The translations under genes and the position numbers were made by a program. From positions 1 through 52,840 of IMG/VR virus record IMGVR_UViG_3300042350_002745: a stretch of DNA of 52,840 nucleotides. One strand, 5' to 3'. The notes below the pieces were generated by a model that was not told the DNA's origin, searched no databases, and saw only the letters and a program-made list of their open reading frames with translations. Position 1 is the stretch's first letter. The number at the start of each line of letters is the position of its first letter. This DNA is from a virus. Taxonomy: Duplodnaviria; Caudoviricetes. Positions 49,545 through 52,840 of the stretch are shown here, piece by piece.

Positions 49545-49571
49545 GCACCGAACCCACGTTGGGTTCGGTGC
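49545..49571 (-). terminator. Hairpin immediately 3' of the tRNA-like cluster
   Basis: GCACCGAACCCA-cgt-TGGGTTCGGTGC then TGTTT on the minus strand. Confidence 0.55.
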
Positions 49572-49575
49572 GAGA

Positions 49576-49679
49576 GGATCGAGTCGGAATCAAACCGACG
49601 TTGTTCAGCATCGTGAGCTACAGTTGCGGTGTGCCGCATACCGTTTTACGGGCCACGAACCCCAACTCACTACCGATCC
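49576..49679 (-). ncRNA. tRNA-like scaffold RNA, copy F (104 nt)
   Basis: GGAUCGG-UA...UCGAUCC; GUGAG/CUCAC stem enclosing the insert; GUCGG-UUUGAUU-CCGAC. Confidence 0.6.
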
Positions 49680-49768
49680 ATAAAAAACCAGCCTCACAAA
49701 CACCTGCTTATCTGGTTTTGTCATTTTTCACCTTTGCCTTTCTTGCGGGGTGTTCCGCAAAATCAAAA

Positions 49769-49908
49769 GGATCGGGCAGGATTGGCTACCTGCTTACGGC
49801 GTCTGGGATGCGTTCGTTTGCCCCAATTCTCTGCCGAGTCTCTACGTTTCCGCTTCTCTTGCCGATGCCGCTTATTTCAAATCGTGGTTATCGCCACGCC
49901 GCCGATCC
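49769..49908 (-). ncRNA. tRNA-like scaffold RNA, copy D (140 nt)
   Basis: GGAUCGG...CCGAUCC; CGUGG-CGAUAA-CCACG; GCAGG-UAGCCAAU-CCUGC; UUUU trailer. Confidence 0.65.
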
Positions 49909-49990
49909 AGTTCCCTGTGAAGGCTTCGATCTGTGCCCTCCGGTTGCCACACGGTACAAGACTAGATCTGAGATGAGGTTGTTTGGTAAA

Positions 49991-50092
49991 GGATCGGGCA
50001 GGTGATTCTCCTGCCAAGTCGCTTATGGGCGAAGCCTCTGGTAGCGTTGTCGCGATCAACACCCCCGCAATCTTTAGGATTGCCGCCGATCC
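49991..50092 (-). ncRNA. tRNA-like scaffold RNA, copy E (102 nt)
   Basis: GGAUCGG...CCGAUCC; GCAAUC-CUAAA-GAUUGC; GCAGG-AGAAUCA-CCUGC; UUU trailer. Confidence 0.65.
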
Positions 50093-50332
50093 TGTGCAAC
50101 TGATAAACCGTTGCCGCCTCGCCGGTTTGGCCTCCGGCATCGGCTCTGATTGTGATTAAATCTTCATGGTGATTTCCTTTATTCTAGGAGGTCGCAAGAT
50201 TCCTCACAACGATCTTTGTTTGGGGCTAGCTCGGTGTCGGTCCTCGAATACGTTGGCCTCGGTTTCATTCGGCCCACTCGATGACGACTCGTCTGCTTGC
50301 GGCTTGTTCGTACCAAGGTCACCCCGATGCCC

Positions 50333-51109
50333 CTATTCTACGTCCGGTGACCGCCTAAAGGCGGTCACCTTGACCAATTTTCCGGTATTTTGTTCCAGAA
50401 TAGGCAGATTCCCTGCTAATTCGCAGGGAATCCATTCAGCAGGCATGTAGCCCGAGCCGATACCTGTCGAAATGGCGTATGCCATTTCGACAGGGTTTGC
50501 CAAGTTTGCAACCTGTTCCTCGGAGTACGATTCCCAGCCCAACCAATCCCCTGCCATGATTCTGTTCGGATCTGATCCGAACAGAACCACAGGCAATTCT
50601 TGGATGACTTCCCCCTCAGCGTTGGGACTGGCCGAGACGAATACGTCGTACCCAGGCTTGGCTCGCGTAGCGAGCCAATCGCTGAAACTGTCATAGCAGA
50701 CCACCTTGGTGATCTGGTACTTGTCGGACAGAAGCTCGCTCAAATTTGGGGTGACGATGCTCAGCCATCGCTCCGCATGGACGGCCACTTGTGGCCGGAC
50801 CTTGTGCGCGTTGCCTAGCTTTTTCATCTCCCGCAGGAGCTTGCGGTGGGCCGCAAGCACCTTCTTGGCGTGCTTGTACAAGACCATGCCGTCAGGCGTG
50901 GGCTTGCGGTAGGAGTCGAATAGCTTGACCTGCAAGATGGATTCCATCTTGCGGTTGCTGTTGGGAATGATCGCGGTGTTGCCCATCTTGAGCTTCTTGC
51001 TGGCTGCTTGGGCACTTCCCAATTCCACGCATAGAACGAACCAGCGGAGGGCTTCGAGCTTCGGTTCGACCACTTGGTCGATTGGGTAGCGACGGGAGGA
51101 GCTAGTCAT
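50333..51109 (-). CDS. LysR-type transcriptional regulator (divergent)
   Basis: LEALRWFVLCVELGSAQAASKKL...MESILQVKLF...PTPDG..LY matches the LysR wHTH; C-terminal GIGSGYMP. Confidence 0.7.
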   Translation of the reverse strand: MTSSSRRYPIDQVVEPKLEALRWFVLCVELGSAQAASKKLKMGNTAIIPNSNRKMESILQVKLFDSYRKPTPDGMVLYKHAKKVLAAHRKLLREMKKLGNAHKVRPQVAVHAERWLSIVTPNLSELLSDKYQITKVVCYDSFSDWLATRAKPGYDVFVSASPNAEGEVIQELPVVLFGSDPNRIMAGDWLGWESYSEEQVANLANPVEMAYAISTGIGSGYMPAEWIPCELAGNLPILEQNTGKLVKVTAFRRSPDVE

Positions 51110-52487
51110 TGGGCCAACACGAAATCAGGCTAGGTCTGCCAACTCGGGTACAACCGGCCACGGCGACGTAGGCCGGTTTGTCTTGCATGAACTCCGCTTC
51201 GCGGAGTGCAACGTAATTGTAGCGGCAGATGTTCTGCCGCCTCTCGGATTCGGTCATGTTCAAGCCAACCATCGCGGTGACGTGCGCCACCTTGGTCTTG
51301 GAGTCTGAGAAGTTCTTCTTCGTCAGGAGCCATGCGGTATACCCCTCGGTGTCTGACTGCGATGCAGTCAGCACCAAACATCGCATTCGAGTCGACATGG
51401 CGCGAAGCTCGCGCCATGTGTGGTCGATTTGCTCGATCTTCTCTCGGAGCCCTATCGGGGCTCCGAGAATGTCAGCGTAGTCGATGACGATGACCTCAGG
51501 AACCCAACCTTCGTCGGCCCACCTGTTGACTTGGTTGGAGATGTCTTTGGCGGTGATCGTACCGGCAGGGTGCGTCAAGAGCCTAAACCGCTTCGGATCG
51601 GCTCCAGCCGACGAAGCGAACGCCTTGACGGCGTCCTCCTTCGTGACTGGGGGAGCCGATTTCGGCTCCCTTACGATCTTCGGCTCTTTGTTCTCGTATG
51701 CCAGTTCTGTAGGGATCAGAAAGCGACCGCCTCTGAGCGGTCGCTTACACAGCCTCGGGAGTAGTCGCAAGATGACCTGATCTTGGCTCATGTCCCCGCA
51801 GGAGAAGAACGCAGTTCTTCTCCCTTGGGCTACCGCTCGCCATGCCAAGTCCATAAGGACTGTGGTTTTCCCAGTCTTTTCGGGGGCCAGCAACGACACG
51901 AATGAATCGGCGGACATGACATCGCCAAAGAATTCCCCGAGCGCGCCGGGGAATTCGATCAGAGGCTTCTTGGTGGACTGGTCGAACGCTCGTTCGACCA
52001 CGGACAAATCGGCCAATGGGAATACTCCGGATTCCTCTTGGCCGATCTTTGGTCGTTTCCACTGGGCCTGAATGTTCAGGGCGTCCTCAACCTTGCCGGT
52101 TTCGGCAAGGTTGGTCAGCGCATTGCCGAGACGCTTGATGCTGTTGCGCTGGACGATGTTGCGGATCAGGTCGACGGCGTAGTCGGGAGTCATGTCCGAC
52201 GTTGCAGGCAGACTGGCTAGCCAGTCTGCCATCGTGTCCACAATCGTCGAATCGGCGATGTCCTTCCAAGTATCGAACTTGGCGGTGATGCCCCCGATGC
52301 CGGGGGCTTCGCCGTACTTGACGAAGTGGTCAACACACCAACGAGCAAGTATGTTGGCATACTTGCTCGCGAAGGATTCGGTGTCCCAAGCGGCGGAAAC
52401 CGCCGCGAGGACTTCGGTGGAGTGGACGAGCGCGCACACTGCGTGCCGCTCGTCACTGCCGTCGTGTCTGACTACTTTCATCGCCAC
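51102..52487 (-). CDS. DnaB-like replicative helicase
   Basis: Walker A APEKTGKT, IVIDYAD, LTASQ motifs; 461 aa. Confidence 0.85.
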   Translation of the reverse strand: MAMKVVRHDGSDERHAVCALVHSTEVLAAVSAAWDTESFASKYANILARWCVDHFVKYGEAPGIGGITAKFDTWKDIADSTIVDTMADWLASLPATSDMTPDYAVDLIRNIVQRNSIKRLGNALTNLAETGKVEDALNIQAQWKRPKIGQEESGVFPLADLSVVERAFDQSTKKPLIEFPGALGEFFGDVMSADSFVSLLAPEKTGKTTVLMDLAWRAVAQGRRTAFFSCGDMSQDQVILRLLPRLCKRPLRGGRFLIPTELAYENKEPKIVREPKSAPPVTKEDAVKAFASSAGADPKRFRLLTHPAGTITAKDISNQVNRWADEGWVPEVIVIDYADILGAPIGLREKIEQIDHTWRELRAMSTRMRCLVLTASQSDTEGYTAWLLTKKNFSDSKTKVAHVTAMVGLNMTESERRQNICRYNYVALREAEFMQDKPAYVAVAGCTRVGRPSLISCWPND

Positions 52488-52570
52488 GCCTTTCTAAAAC
52501 TTCCATCTGGCCGAAACGATTTCGACCAGAATCTCAAGGATGCCCGTAAACAAAACCACAATAAGCAACG

Positions 52571-52840
52571 TCAGCAAGTACCATCCCTCGATCCGGTGCT
52601 TCCGCTCGATCCGGTCGGTGTTGGCCCGACGACCCGCACCGTCTGCCCAACGGCGAACTTCGGCTCCACCGGCTCGATGCGTCGGCGATACCAGACGCCA
52701 AAAACTTGATGCCCTCCGCTGTTTGCGTTCTCTGACTCGGACCATTGTTTATCGTCCCACAAATCCCAAGCCTGATCGCCCGGCTTCAATTCCTCATCGG
52801 GAAACTTCCCAAGCAACGTCCACCCCGGCCCCGGATCGGG
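52571..52840 (-). CDS. Hypothetical mosaic protein, probably truncated by the window edge
   Basis: PDEELKPGD...W...YRRRIEP and KFAVGQTVRV modules resembling those of the 994-3450 protein. Confidence 0.5.
   Translation of the reverse strand, partial: PDPGPGWTLLGKFPDEELKPGDQAWDLWDDKQWSESENANSGGHQVFGVWYRRRIEPVEPKFAVGQTVRVVGPTPTGSSGSTGSRDGTC

Noticed and set aside
43012-50092. Calling the six structured elements canonical tRNAs or tmRNA
   Set aside because: No 5-bp/7-nt anticodon arm, variable lengths, no CCA and several non-canonical T loops. G3.U70 occurs in only two copies with a U discriminator, and they are far too short for tmRNA.
50156-50167. Tiny minus-strand M-K-I-stop ORF after an AAGGA motif
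   Set aside because: Too short to distinguish from chance.
52833-52840. GGATCGGG at the right edge as a seventh scaffold copy
   Set aside because: Truncated by the window, lacks the preceding A-run seen in most copies and lies in an apparent coding frame; cannot be evaluated.

Overview
This 52.8 kb window is a large part of a tailed dsDNA phage genome (siphovirus-type: HK97-fold capsid, tail tube, frameshifted tail chaperone, 974-aa tape measure). The host is not determinable from sequence alone, but several protein styles suggest Planctomycetota (inference). Layout: (i) a hairpin- and repeat-dense non-coding left end (1-600) and minus-strand accessory genes (608-5319); (ii) a plus-strand virion module (TerL, portal, protease/scaffold, decoration, MCP, a membrane-protein/papain-protease/thioredoxin cassette, neck, tail, tape measure, a 1028-aa Cys-rich poly-Thr tail-tip protein and a glycosyltransferase-methyltransferase fusion); (iii) a minus-strand replication/recombination module (second GT, split SbcC with SbcD, family A polymerase split into two genes about 12 kb apart, sliding clamp and loader, resolvase, 5'-3' exonuclease, RecA, SSB, dNMP kinase, DNA methylase, LysR-like regulator, DnaB). 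The most striking unexplained signal is six dispersed minus-strand copies of a tRNA-shaped scaffold (7-bp acceptor-like stem, D-like hairpin, T-like arm, U-rich trailer, no anticodon arm, no CCA), each carrying different internal cargo, in two clusters of three (43012-43866 and 49576-50092). Other candidate systems are virion O-glycosylation of poly-Thr tracts and a protease plus thioredoxin lysis cassette with no recognisable endolysin. All product calls come from motif recognition by eye; no database searches were run.
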